This document shows, piece after piece, positions 36,654 to 45,091 of a stretch of DNA of 64,000 nt. The stretch spans positions 7,084 through 71,083 of the forward strand of contig CAKQBW010000003.1 in assembly GCA_934216505.1 (NCBI GenBank). The letters are read 5' to 3'. A program made the translations under genes and the position numbers. The notes beneath the pieces were generated by a model. The model saw only the letters and a list, made by a program, of their open reading frames with translations. It had not been told where the DNA came from and made no database searches. Numbering within the stretch: position 1 is the first letter of the stretch; each line of letters starts with the position of its first letter. The DNA comes from an uncultured Alphaproteobacteria bacterium (GTDB lineage: Bacteria; Pseudomonadota; Alphaproteobacteria; CAAHEQ01; UBA3637).

Positions 36654-37298
36654 ATGACCCCAGAAACACCTCAAATTCCCGAAAAATTCACCGACAAAGA
36701 CGGTCAATTAAAAACACAAGATTTATTAAAATCTTATTTGGCTTTGGAAAAAAAATTGAGTGCCCCCAAAATTACCGATAAAGGCACTCTGCCCACCAAA
36801 CCCGAAGAATATAAAATCGTTCCCAAAAACGATTTGATTGTTGTGGATAAACAAGTCAATCAACGCCTCTTTGAGTTGGGCCTCACCAACGAACAAGCCC
36901 AAGGCATTTACGATTTAGCCGCCGACATTATCTTGCCTCAACTGGAATCTTTTGGGGAAGAAATCAGTGCCGACAAAGAATTAAAAGAATTAGAAAAAGA
37001 ATTTGGGGGCTTGGAACAATTTAACACGATTGCCCGCCAATTATCCGCTTGGGGCGAAAAAAATTTAGACGCCAAAACTTTTAATTCTCTTTCTTGCTCA
37101 AAAGACGGGATTTTAACCCTTTACAAAATGATGCAGGAAAAACAAGAAGTGCCCGTTTCACGGGAAAAAAGTCAGCCCCAAAATATAGATGACGAACTCA
37201 CTTTACGCCGATTGATGCAGGACCCCAAATACTGGAAAGATCAAGATCCTGAATTAGTTCGGCGTATTGAGCAAGGATTTAAACGCCTTTACGGATAA
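36654..37298 (+). CDS. Putative scaffolding protein
   Basis: It sits between the portal and capsid genes. It is acidic, helical and Lys/Glu-rich; 214 aa. Confidence 0.45.
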   Translation: MTPETPQIPEKFTDKDGQLKTQDLLKSYLALEKKLSAPKITDKGTLPTKPEEYKIVPKNDLIVVDKQVNQRLFELGLTNEQAQGIYDLAADIILPQLESFGEEISADKELKELEKEFGGLEQFNTIARQLSAWGEKNLDAKTFNSLSCSKDGILTLYKMMQEKQEVPVSREKSQPQNIDDELTLRRLMQDPKYWKDQDPELVRRIEQGFKRLYG

Positions 37299-37435
37299 AT
37301 CCTTGTCCTGTGGATAAGCCCCGTTGGGGCCCCACAAACCCTTCCTTTTTAATCGGCGAAGATTTTTCTTCATAACCCTTTATTCAAGGCCTTTTATCGT
37401 ATTCACTTTTTTACTTATTACAAGGAGAATAAATT

Positions 37436-38290
37436 ATGACCGATTCAACCGCTATTGATGCGTCTTTTATCAAACACTTTGAAGCCGATGTGCATACAGC
37501 CTATCAGCAACAAGGATCTAAATTAAAATCTACTGTCCGCTTTAAAGACGGTATTACAGGATCCAGCACAACTTTCCAAGTGATTGGCACGCAAACAGCC
37601 AACCAAAAATCTGCCCGTAATGCGCAACTGACACCCGCCGCTGTGTCCCACGCCCCCGTGGAATGCACTTTGGCCGATTGGTATGCCGGCCAATGGGTGG
37701 ATAAGTTGGACGAATTAAAAGTGGGCCACGATGAACGCAAAGTCTTGGCCACCGCAGGGGCTTATGCTTTGGGACGCAAAACAGATGCCCTGATTATCAA
37801 TGCCTTGGGCAATGCCACACAAACAGCCGGCAAAAATACAGACCCTTTAACAAAAGAACGTATTTTGGCCGCCTTTAAGACACTCAACACCAACGATGTC
37901 CCTGATGATGGCGAACGCTATGCATTGGTGGGGCCCGCTCAATGGAATCAATTATTGAGTTTAGATGAATTTTCCAACGCCAACTATGTGGGCGATGCAC
38001 ACCCCCTTTTGACGGGTTCAGAATCCCGCAAATGGATGGGCATCAATTGGATTATGCATACGGGCCTTCCCACACAAGGGTCCGGCGATAGCGCCACAAC
38101 CACTTGCTTTATTTACCACAAATCTGCCATCGGTTTAGCCGCAGGGCAAGACATCACGACAGACATTACATGGCACGGAGATTATGCCGCCCACTATGTC
38201 AATAATATGATGAGTCAAGGAGCGTGCTTGATTGATGCCAAAGGCGTGGTCAAAATGGTGTGTTTAGATAGCGTACCTGCCTCTGTCTAA
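37436..38290 (+). CDS. Putative major capsid protein
   Basis: Its position after the scaffold-position gene, a strong AAGGAGA Shine-Dalgarno sequence, and a terminator directly downstream. 284 aa. Confidence 0.6.
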   Translation: MTDSTAIDASFIKHFEADVHTAYQQQGSKLKSTVRFKDGITGSSTTFQVIGTQTANQKSARNAQLTPAAVSHAPVECTLADWYAGQWVDKLDELKVGHDERKVLATAGAYALGRKTDALIINALGNATQTAGKNTDPLTKERILAAFKTLNTNDVPDDGERYALVGPAQWNQLLSLDEFSNANYVGDAHPLLTGSESRKWMGINWIMHTGLPTQGSGDSATTTCFIYHKSAIGLAAGQDITTDITWHGDYAAHYVNNMMSQGACLIDAKGVVKMVCLDSVPASV

Positions 38291-38310
38291 CCTTCAGATT
38301 TTTCCTCAAG

Positions 38311-38340
38311 AGAGGTCCTTTTGCAAGGGCCTCTTTTTTC
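38311..38340 (+). terminator. Intrinsic terminator directly after the capsid gene
   Basis: AGAGGTCC pairs with GGGCCTCT (one G-T wobble), followed by TTTTTT. Confidence 0.65.
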
Positions 38341-38363
38341 TATTTTTTCAGAAAGGACCTTTT

Positions 38364-38933
38364 ATGACAAATACAAAAATTGATTTGTGTTCCCAAGCCT
38401 TGGTCAAACTGGGGGCAAAAAGTATTGCCTCTATGGACGAAAACACCACAGAAGCCATGGTCGCCCAACAACTTTATGAACCCACTTTGCGCCATTTGCT
38501 CAGTTCTTATCCTTGGCGTTTTGCCTTGCGTCAAGAATGTTTGGGCCGATTAGATGAAACACCCCTGACCGATTATCCCTATGCCTTTCAAATTCCCAAC
38601 GATTGCTTGCGTATTTTATCGGCGGGACAAAACACAAAAAGTAGCGGATTAATTTACCGTTTAGTGGGCCAAAAATTATATGCCAAAGTCCCTGAGGTTG
38701 TTTTAACTTATCTGAGTCGTCCTGAAGAAAATACTTTTCCGCCTTTTTTCAATCAGGCTTTAACGGATACTTTGGCGGCACAATTTTGTCTGCCTTTGAC
38801 GGAAAGTTCTGCCCGCACAGATTATATGAGTAAATGCGCCACTGAGTCTGTTTCCAAAGCCCGTTTAATAGACAGCCAACAATCTGTTCATTCTTGTTTT
38901 CAAGATTTTTCCTTAATTGAGGTACGTTCATGA
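38364..38933 (+). CDS. Putative head-tail adaptor (T7 gp11-like tail tubular protein A)
   Basis: 189 aa. The N-terminus IDLCSQALVKLGAKSIASMDENTTEA...LY...R..LLS.YPWRFA fits the adaptor pattern and gene position. Confidence 0.55.
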   Translation: MTNTKIDLCSQALVKLGAKSIASMDENTTEAMVAQQLYEPTLRHLLSSYPWRFALRQECLGRLDETPLTDYPYAFQIPNDCLRILSAGQNTKSSGLIYRLVGQKLYAKVPEVVLTYLSRPEENTFPPFFNQALTDTLAAQFCLPLTESSARTDYMSKCATESVSKARLIDSQQSVHSCFQDFSLIEVRS

Positions 38934-40855
38934 CCAACCAATTTACCGCTAAAACAAATTTTACCGCTGGCGAACTGTCCCCTGATTTATTGGGACGTGT
39001 GGATTTAAATGCCTATGCCAGTGGGGCCTCGTGTTTGGAAAATGTCTTTATTGAACCCACTGGAGGCATTCATCGCCGCCCTGGGTTGCAACATGTCCAA
39101 ACCCTATCAGGCAAAGGCCGTTTAATGAGTTATGAAGCCGACAGCCAAAACGCTTTTTTATTCATTTTACAAAACCAACAAACATTGATTTACAAAAATG
39201 ATGTCCTGATTCAAACACTTTCTACCCCTTGGACAGAAAAACAAATCAATCAAATCAATTGGTGTTGCGTGCCCAACGGGGTTATCTGTGTGCATCAAGA
39301 AGTCCCCCCGCAACATTTTACTTTAAAAGACGCTGTATGGCAAGTAGTTCCCTTTCAATGCGCCACCGACCAAGGGTGTGTGCAAATGCCCTATCACCGC
39401 TTTGAAAACGAAACAACCACGCTTTCCAGTTCGGGGTGTTCAGGGAATGTCGTTTTAACCGCCAGCGATGATTTATTTTCAGCGCACCATTTGGGACAAA
39501 CTTTTAAATTAGCCGATGGCTATGTTTCCATTACCACCATCAATACCCCTAAACAGGCTAAAGCCACTGTCTTGAAAAAATTATTAAATGAAGATGATGT
39601 CGGGGCAACCACAGTTTTACAACCAACCCGTTATTGGGGGGAACCCGCTTGGAGTGCTACACGTGGGTGGCCTAGTTGCGCCACAACCTATCAATCCCGA
39701 TTGGTTTTTGCGGGCAGCAAAAGTTTGCCCAATACTTTGTGGTTTAGCCAAAGTAATGATATTTACAATTTTGAAGAAGGGACAGCCTTAGACAATGAAG
39801 CCATTAGTTTTTCCCTGTTATCCGATGGGGCCAACAAAATTTGTGCTTTATTTGCGGGGCGCCACCTCCAAGTTTTCACCACCAGCGCCGAATGGATGGT
39901 CTGTGGGGCCCCTTTAACGCCGGCCTCTATCCAAGTCAATCGCCAAACGCAAGTTGGGTCCGATGATACGCATTCTATTCCCCCAATTGGCATAGACGGG
40001 GCCACGATTTTTGCCGCCGCCAATGGTAAAGAAATTCGTGAATTTTTGTTTTCGGATTTAGAGGGAATTTATCAGGCCACAGACCTTTCTTTATTGGCGC
40101 ATCACATGATTCACAAGCCCATTGAAATGGCCTATGATAAGTATTTACGCCAAGCCTATATCGTCATGCAAGACGGGACTTTGTCTGTGCTGACCAGTTT
40201 CAGAGCCGAAGATTTGCAAAGTTGGACGCACCAAAAAACAGAGGGGCAATTTTTAAGTGTCGCTTTATGCCAAAAGCAAGCCTACTTTATCGTTCAACAA
40301 AACAATACTTTTTATTTGGAAAAATTCAATGAAAACTTGCACACGGATAAAGGCCTTTTACAAACCGCTCAAACGCCACAAAAAACTTGGGGCAATTTGG
40401 ATATGTTAGAGGGGCAAGAGGTGCAATTGGTCGCCGATGGGCGCGTTCAATTTCCGCAAATTGTCCAAGGGGGAAGTGTGACTTTGGATATTGCCTGTCA
40501 AACATTAGAGGCGGGGTTGGCTTTTACTCATAAAATACAGCCTTTACCCCCTGTTGTCGGGGCCCATAACGGACCCGCCCCCGCCACTTCAGCCCGATTG
40601 GTCAAAGGGATCTTTCGCATCGTCAATACGCAAAGCATTGAAATAGACACCGGCTCAGGTTTTCATCAAGAACTGACCTCAAGTCTTTCTCAATATACTT
40701 TAGATGCTCCCAGCCAAAAACAAACTCGGGATATTATCGTCCGAGGATTAGGGTGGAAACGCAACCCTCTATCCCCCCTTTGGACCATCCAAAGTGCTCT
40801 GCCTTTACCTTTTCAACTTGTGTCCGTCACCAACGATATTAAAATAGGAGAATAA
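38930..40855 (+). CDS. Putative tail nozzle (T7 gp12-like tail tubular protein B)
   Basis: 641 aa, immediately after the adaptor gene with an overlapping start and stop. The call rests on position and size only. Confidence 0.45.
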   Translation: MTNQFTAKTNFTAGELSPDLLGRVDLNAYASGASCLENVFIEPTGGIHRRPGLQHVQTLSGKGRLMSYEADSQNAFLFILQNQQTLIYKNDVLIQTLSTPWTEKQINQINWCCVPNGVICVHQEVPPQHFTLKDAVWQVVPFQCATDQGCVQMPYHRFENETTTLSSSGCSGNVVLTASDDLFSAHHLGQTFKLADGYVSITTINTPKQAKATVLKKLLNEDDVGATTVLQPTRYWGEPAWSATRGWPSCATTYQSRLVFAGSKSLPNTLWFSQSNDIYNFEEGTALDNEAISFSLLSDGANKICALFAGRHLQVFTTSAEWMVCGAPLTPASIQVNRQTQVGSDDTHSIPPIGIDGATIFAAANGKEIREFLFSDLEGIYQATDLSLLAHHMIHKPIEMAYDKYLRQAYIVMQDGTLSVLTSFRAEDLQSWTHQKTEGQFLSVALCQKQAYFIVQQNNTFYLEKFNENLHTDKGLLQTAQTPQKTWGNLDMLEGQEVQLVADGRVQFPQIVQGGSVTLDIACQTLEAGLAFTHKIQPLPPVVGAHNGPAPATSARLVKGIFRIVNTQSIEIDTGSGFHQELTSSLSQYTLDAPSQKQTRDIIVRGLGWKRNPLSPLWTIQSALPLPFQLVSVTNDIKIGE

Positions 40856-40858
40856 AAA

Positions 40859-41335
40859 ATGGAAGTCGCCTTGATTGCCACCGCCGCCACCGTTATCGGG
40901 TCGGCCTATTACACCAAAAGAAATTCAGATTTACAGGCCAAAGCCATAAAGCAATCTAATTCTTATGCTCAAGCCAGTGCCGCCAACCAAAACCGTCAAG
41001 CCCAAATCGCTTTAGCCGAACAAAAACGCAAAAACAAAAATTTGTTGGCGCAACAACAGGCAACCTATAAAGCGTCCTTAAGTGCAGGGGGCGTCAATAC
41101 CAATCATGGGTCCAGCCAAACCTATCTCAACGCTTTACAACGGGAATATGACATGGAGGACAAGTATTTGGATAAACAAGCCAAAATCTCCTCAGACGCT
41201 ATTTTGAACAGTTTAAATCGTACCAATTCATCCAACTTATTAAAATTAAATGCCCTCAACAACAGCCAACAATCTAATCTCTATACTTCCTTGGGGAATT
41301 TGGCCAATGGGGTGGGACGGACCCTGATTAAATAA
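40859..41335 (+). CDS. Small virion-associated protein (N-terminal TM, Gln/Asn-rich)
   Basis: N-terminal hydrophobic segment VALIATAATVIGSAYY, followed by low-complexity Q/N/A sequence. Confidence 0.35.
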   Translation: MEVALIATAATVIGSAYYTKRNSDLQAKAIKQSNSYAQASAANQNRQAQIALAEQKRKNKNLLAQQQATYKASLSAGGVNTNHGSSQTYLNALQREYDMEDKYLDKQAKISSDAILNSLNRTNSSNLLKLNALNNSQQSNLYTSLGNLANGVGRTLIK

Positions 41336-41349
41336 AGGAGCCTTCCCCA

Positions 41350-41607
41350 ATGATGGCCCCTAAAGAGTGGGCGGTTTTTTTGGAAAAAGCCGTCCAAAGT
41401 TATCAGACTTTTGCCAGTTCGCCCCCGCCGATGGACGCCAAAGAATTTAACGCCTATCATGGGGCCTGCAAAAGTGCCCTGATGCATATTGCTTTGTTGG
41501 AAAAATTGATTGAACTCAACCCTGAAAAACCCCCTGATTCTTTTCCTTTGGACGAATGGATTCAGACCGCACGACAGGAATTAAAAAATGAAAACGACCT
41601 TTCTTGA
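41350..41607 (+). CDS. Small phage protein in the small-terminase position
   Basis: 85 aa, overlapping the start of the large terminase gene. Its size and position match T7 gp18. No motif support. Confidence 0.35.
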   Translation: MMAPKEWAVFLEKAVQSYQTFASSPPPMDAKEFNAYHGACKSALMHIALLEKLIELNPEKPPDSFPLDEWIQTARQELKNENDLS

Positions 41608-42985
41608 ATTTGTTTGGATTTGGGATAAGATGCATCATCTAAGCTTGCCCAACCATCATAAAAAAATCGGCCGATTCTTATCACATTTGGCCCATCAAAA
41701 AGAACGTCGGTATGCTCTGTTAATGGCCTTTCGGAATTCGGGAAAATCCACTTTAATGGGATTGTTTTGTGCGTGGGTATTAAATCAAGATCCCAACTTG
41801 AAAGTCTTGATTTTATCCGCCGACACAGACTTGTCCCGCAAAATGGCCACGCACATTCAACGCATTTTAGAGCAACACCCGTGTTGTGTGGGCCTGAAAC
41901 CACCGGCCCCCAAAGAATGGGCGGGCGGGCGCTTTACCGTGCAACGCACTTGTGCCGACCGAGATCCGTCTGTGTTGGCCAAAGGATTGTTCAGCAATTT
42001 GACAGGCAGCCGGGCCGACATTATTATTTGCGATGATGTTGAGGTTCCCAAAACAGCTGACACCGCCGCAAAGCGGGCCGACATGCGTTTAAAATTAAAT
42101 GAGTTAAACTATATTTTGGCCCCCAATGGCTTGATGTTGTATGTGGGAACGCCCCATGCCAAAGAAACCATTTATGAGGTACCCGATAAATGGGAAAAAT
42201 TGATTCTTCCCATTTGGGACGATCAAGGGCGACCAGCGTGGCCTGAACGTTTTTCTATGGAAAAAATCAACCAAATTCGGACCAACACCAGTGCCGCCAA
42301 ATTTTCAAGTCAGATGTTATTAAAACCCATGGCCCCCGAAGAAAGGCGTTTAGATGAAAGTTATCTCACCATGTATGCTGAGGATTTAGATTATTACGAG
42401 GCAAACAACAGCGCCGTCTTGACTTTAGCGGGAAAAAAATTAGTCTCGGGGTCGGCTTGGTGGGACCCCGCCTTTGGGCGAGTACGAGGGGATAGAAGTG
42501 TGATTGCCTGTGTTTTTACCGATGAAGAAGGCCATTTATATGTGCATCAAATCCGCTATCTGAAAGTCCCCGATGGGACGGAAGCCACGCACTATCAATG
42601 CCAACAGGTTGCCCAGTTTTTACAGGAAAACTTTTTGCCTGCCCTCAACATTGAAACCAACGGGATTGGGCAATTTTTACCCGCTTTACTCAAGCAAGAA
42701 TTGGCCCGTCAGCGGATGGGGTGTGCGGTGATAGAAAAAAACGCCCATCAAAACAAAGTGGAACGCATTTTGGGCGCATGGGAAGCCCCGCTTTTTAACC
42801 GCCAAATCAGCATACACAAAAGCGTTTGGGACAGTCCTTTAATCCAAGAAATGCAAGACTTTAACACGCATGGCAACACCCATGATGATGGATTAGATGC
42901 CGTGGCGGGGTGTTTATTGAGTGAGCCTGTGCGCTTAAAAAAACAGCCTGATTTTTACAAAAGACGCCCCCTATGGCGTCCTTAA
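41588..42985 (+). CDS. Terminase large subunit
   Basis: Walker A-like FRNSGKST, Walker B IIICDDVE, and a C-terminal nuclease-size domain ending ...HDDGLDA. Confidence 0.7.
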   Translation: MKTTFLEFVWIWDKMHHLSLPNHHKKIGRFLSHLAHQKERRYALLMAFRNSGKSTLMGLFCAWVLNQDPNLKVLILSADTDLSRKMATHIQRILEQHPCCVGLKPPAPKEWAGGRFTVQRTCADRDPSVLAKGLFSNLTGSRADIIICDDVEVPKTADTAAKRADMRLKLNELNYILAPNGLMLYVGTPHAKETIYEVPDKWEKLILPIWDDQGRPAWPERFSMEKINQIRTNTSAAKFSSQMLLKPMAPEERRLDESYLTMYAEDLDYYEANNSAVLTLAGKKLVSGSAWWDPAFGRVRGDRSVIACVFTDEEGHLYVHQIRYLKVPDGTEATHYQCQQVAQFLQENFLPALNIETNGIGQFLPALLKQELARQRMGCAVIEKNAHQNKVERILGAWEAPLFNRQISIHKSVWDSPLIQEMQDFNTHGNTHDDGLDAVAGCLLSEPVRLKKQPDFYKRRPLWRP

Positions 42986-43001
42986 ACAAAAGGAAAATAA
43001 A

Positions 43002-43409
43002 ATGACTCAAGAAGAAATTTTTGCCAAAACTATTTTCGGCGAAGCACGGGGCGAATCATTAGCGGGCCAAGAAGCCGTCGCCAATGTCATTCTCAATCGT
43101 GTGAAGTATGCCCAACACCACCCCCATATTTGGTGGGGAAAAACAATTCAGGAAGTTTGTTTGAAACCCAAGCAATTTTCTTGTTGGAATAAAGATGATA
43201 AAAACTATCGGCTTTTATTGGAAAACTTGAATGATAATCCCCTTTATCAAATCTGTTTGCGGGTGGCCAAACGGGCGCAAGCGGGCTTAATCCCAGACAA
43301 CACCCATCACGCCACCCATTATCACGCCGTGAATTGTTCCCCCGTTTGGGCCCGCCATTTGGTTCCTTGCGCCGAAATCGGACGACATTTATTTTATGTT
43401 TTACCTTGA
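43002..43409 (+). CDS. SleB-type cell-wall hydrolase (endolysin)
   Basis: FGEARGES..GQEAVANVILNRV...FSCWN... pattern of the SleB hydrolase_2 family. Confidence 0.75.
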   Translation: MTQEEIFAKTIFGEARGESLAGQEAVANVILNRVKYAQHHPHIWWGKTIQEVCLKPKQFSCWNKDDKNYRLLLENLNDNPLYQICLRVAKRAQAGLIPDNTHHATHYHAVNCSPVWARHLVPCAEIGRHLFYVLP

Positions 43410-43423
43410 TTCAGGAGGCCGTC

Positions 43424-43735
43424 ATGCCCACACAAAATTTAACCATTGAAATTGGAAAACTTATGTCTTCCGTTCACACCTTGCAAGAATCCTTAAGCGA
43501 ATTAAAAAAAGAAGTGGATATTTGGGGGCAAAAAATTGCCTCGGTCCATGATGAACTGATTCACTTTATGGGAAATGTCCAAAACAAAAACACCTGTCAA
43601 ATTTTACATGACAAAATAAAAAATGAATTTGTTTTGCGTCAAGAAATTGCCCCGATTAAAAACTTGGTCGGGGTCATTGTTGCCGCCACAGGAACCGCTC
43701 TCGTGGTGGCTTTGTTAAACCTAATCTTAAAATAG
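43424..43735 (+). CDS. Small membrane-anchored coiled-coil protein (holin/spanin candidate)
   Basis: AGGAGG Shine-Dalgarno sequence and ATG at 43424. C-terminal TM segment LVGVIVAATGTALVVALLNLIL. Confidence 0.45.
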   Translation: MPTQNLTIEIGKLMSSVHTLQESLSELKKEVDIWGQKIASVHDELIHFMGNVQNKNTCQILHDKIKNEFVLRQEIAPIKNLVGVIVAATGTALVVALLNLILK

Positions 43736-43743
43736 GAGAAAAA

Positions 43744-43923
43744 ATGCTTTCATTTATTATCACCCATTTTGAAGACTTTATCACCGCTTTGACTTCCATG
43801 GTCACAGGAGCCAGTATCTTAACAGCCCTCACCCCCACGCAAAAAGATGATAATGTTGTCAATAAAATTAAAAAAGTACTCAACTTGTGCGCTTTGAATG
43901 TCGCCAATGCCAAAGCCGCCTAA
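43744..43923 (+). CDS. 59-aa small membrane protein (holin candidate), absent from the ORF track
   Basis: My own translation: MLSFIITHFEDFITALTSMVTGASILTALTPTQKDDNVVNKIKKVLNLCALNVANAKAA. AGGAGA Shine-Dalgarno sequence 7 nt upstream. It falls below the 60-aa cutoff. Confidence 0.5.
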   Translation: MLSFIITHFEDFITALTSMVTGASILTALTPTQKDDNVVNKIKKVLNLCALNVANAKAA

Positions 43924-43926
43924 AAA

Positions 43927-43947
43927 AGGGGGAAAAACTTTCCCCCT
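43927..43947. terminator. Bidirectional hairpin terminator between the phage module and pilR
   Basis: AGGGGGA pairs with TCCCCCT around a 7-nt loop. An A-run lies 5' and a T-rich tail 3', so the hairpin sits after the stop codons of both convergent genes. Confidence 0.65.
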
Positions 43948-43955
43948 GCTTTCTT

Positions 43956-45074
43956 TTAGGCCCCCAAGCCCATGCCTTGCACCATTTGGTCTTGCATGAC
44001 GAAGGTCCCCCAGACAACCCAACCAATCACGGCTGAAATCATCAAAATCGCTATTGCATTTAAAATTTCTGCTTGCTTTGAAATCGTCCGAACAGATTCT
44101 TCCAACCATGAATTCGCCAGATTTTCCAACGCTTCAGGAAAGGTATCTAATTCAGAATAAATCCGTAAGTCCCCCACGACTTCTTCATCAGGAAAACCCA
44201 ACTTGGTGTGATACAGAGCCTCCCCCAAGTTATCCCCGTTATTGATAAACAGCAACGCCCGATTCAACCGGTATTTTAAATATGGGGTAGTTTCATCGCT
44301 GATTAAAGAACGCACCGCTTTAGACACAGGCATCCCCGCCCGCACCAAAGCCGACAATGCCAACAACCAACTGACCCCAATAAAGCCCCGATAAATGGAC
44401 CACGGGGGATACTTATCAAATGTCGCCCGCCCTGCCCCTTTCCAATAGGGAAAAGTAATCATCACGCAGAGCACGATAACGGGGATAATAGAAAACAACA
44501 AAATCGGGTGTTGATCCACAAAGATAGATAAATCCACCAAAGAAGCTGCCACGCCTTTCCATTGTAAGTTTGGCACCGCATCTACCATAGGGGGCACCAT
44601 GAATTTTGCTACCCCCCAAATCAACAAAGCCACCATACACATCAAAAACAACGGGTAAGCCACCGCCCCCCAAACCAATTGACGCATTTTATTCATGCCT
44701 TCCACCACACGTACCGTATGTTGTAAAGCCAATTCCAAGTTCGCCACATCCCCCACAGACAGCAATAATAATTCTGTGGAAGGGGCCCAACCCCGCAACG
44801 CTTCCGCAAAAGTTTGACCGTTTCGGATTTGGGTCATCCAACTGGCCACCGCCATCGCCATACTTTCGGTGGGACTTTTGCCGTCTTTTGAAGCGATCTG
44901 ATACAACCGTTCCAAAGCGTCCATCAAAGAAAATCGGTTCTTTAACAAAGACGCCAATTTCCGATACATTTCCAATCGGTCTTCCGCATGCAACCGCACC
45001 ATAAAGCGGGCATACATCAAATTCAATGTATCCATAATTCCATCGTTTAATTTTATTTCATTTTTTTTATCCAT
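43956..45074 (-). CDS. pilR: Type IVb pilus inner-membrane platform protein (GspF/PilC family, R64 PilR-like)
   Basis: About 370 aa with the GspF-like arrangement of helical domains and 3 TM segments. It directly follows the GspE-type ATPase gene. Confidence 0.7.
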   Translation of the reverse strand: MDKKNEIKLNDGIMDTLNLMYARFMVRLHAEDRLEMYRKLASLLKNRFSLMDALERLYQIASKDGKSPTESMAMAVASWMTQIRNGQTFAEALRGWAPSTELLLLSVGDVANLELALQHTVRVVEGMNKMRQLVWGAVAYPLFLMCMVALLIWGVAKFMVPPMVDAVPNLQWKGVAASLVDLSIFVDQHPILLFSIIPVIVLCVMITFPYWKGAGRATFDKYPPWSIYRGFIGVSWLLALSALVRAGMPVSKAVRSLISDETTPYLKYRLNRALLFINNGDNLGEALYHTKLGFPDEEVVGDLRIYSELDTFPEALENLANSWLEESVRTISKQAEILNAIAILMISAVIGWVVWGTFVMQDQMVQGMGLGA

Positions 45075-45091
45075 GGTCTTTTATCCTCAGG

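Larger units (their letters stand above)
33304..43923 (+). mobile_element. Compact podovirus (T7-order) virion and lysis module with an S24 repressor; defective prophage or domesticated phage-like element
   Basis: Gene order is repressor, 2 small genes, portal, small ORF, scaffold-position gene, capsid, adaptor, nozzle, small proteins, large terminase, muramidase, 2 small membrane proteins. No integrase, replication, fibre or core genes are present, and I found no att repeats. Confidence 0.7.

Noticed and set aside
37309-37317. Perfect DnaA-box 9-mer TGTGGATAA between the phage scaffold-position and capsid genes
   Set aside because: A single exact 9-mer is expected by chance about once in a two-strand search of 64 kb. 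There is no cluster of boxes and no AT-rich unwinding element nearby.
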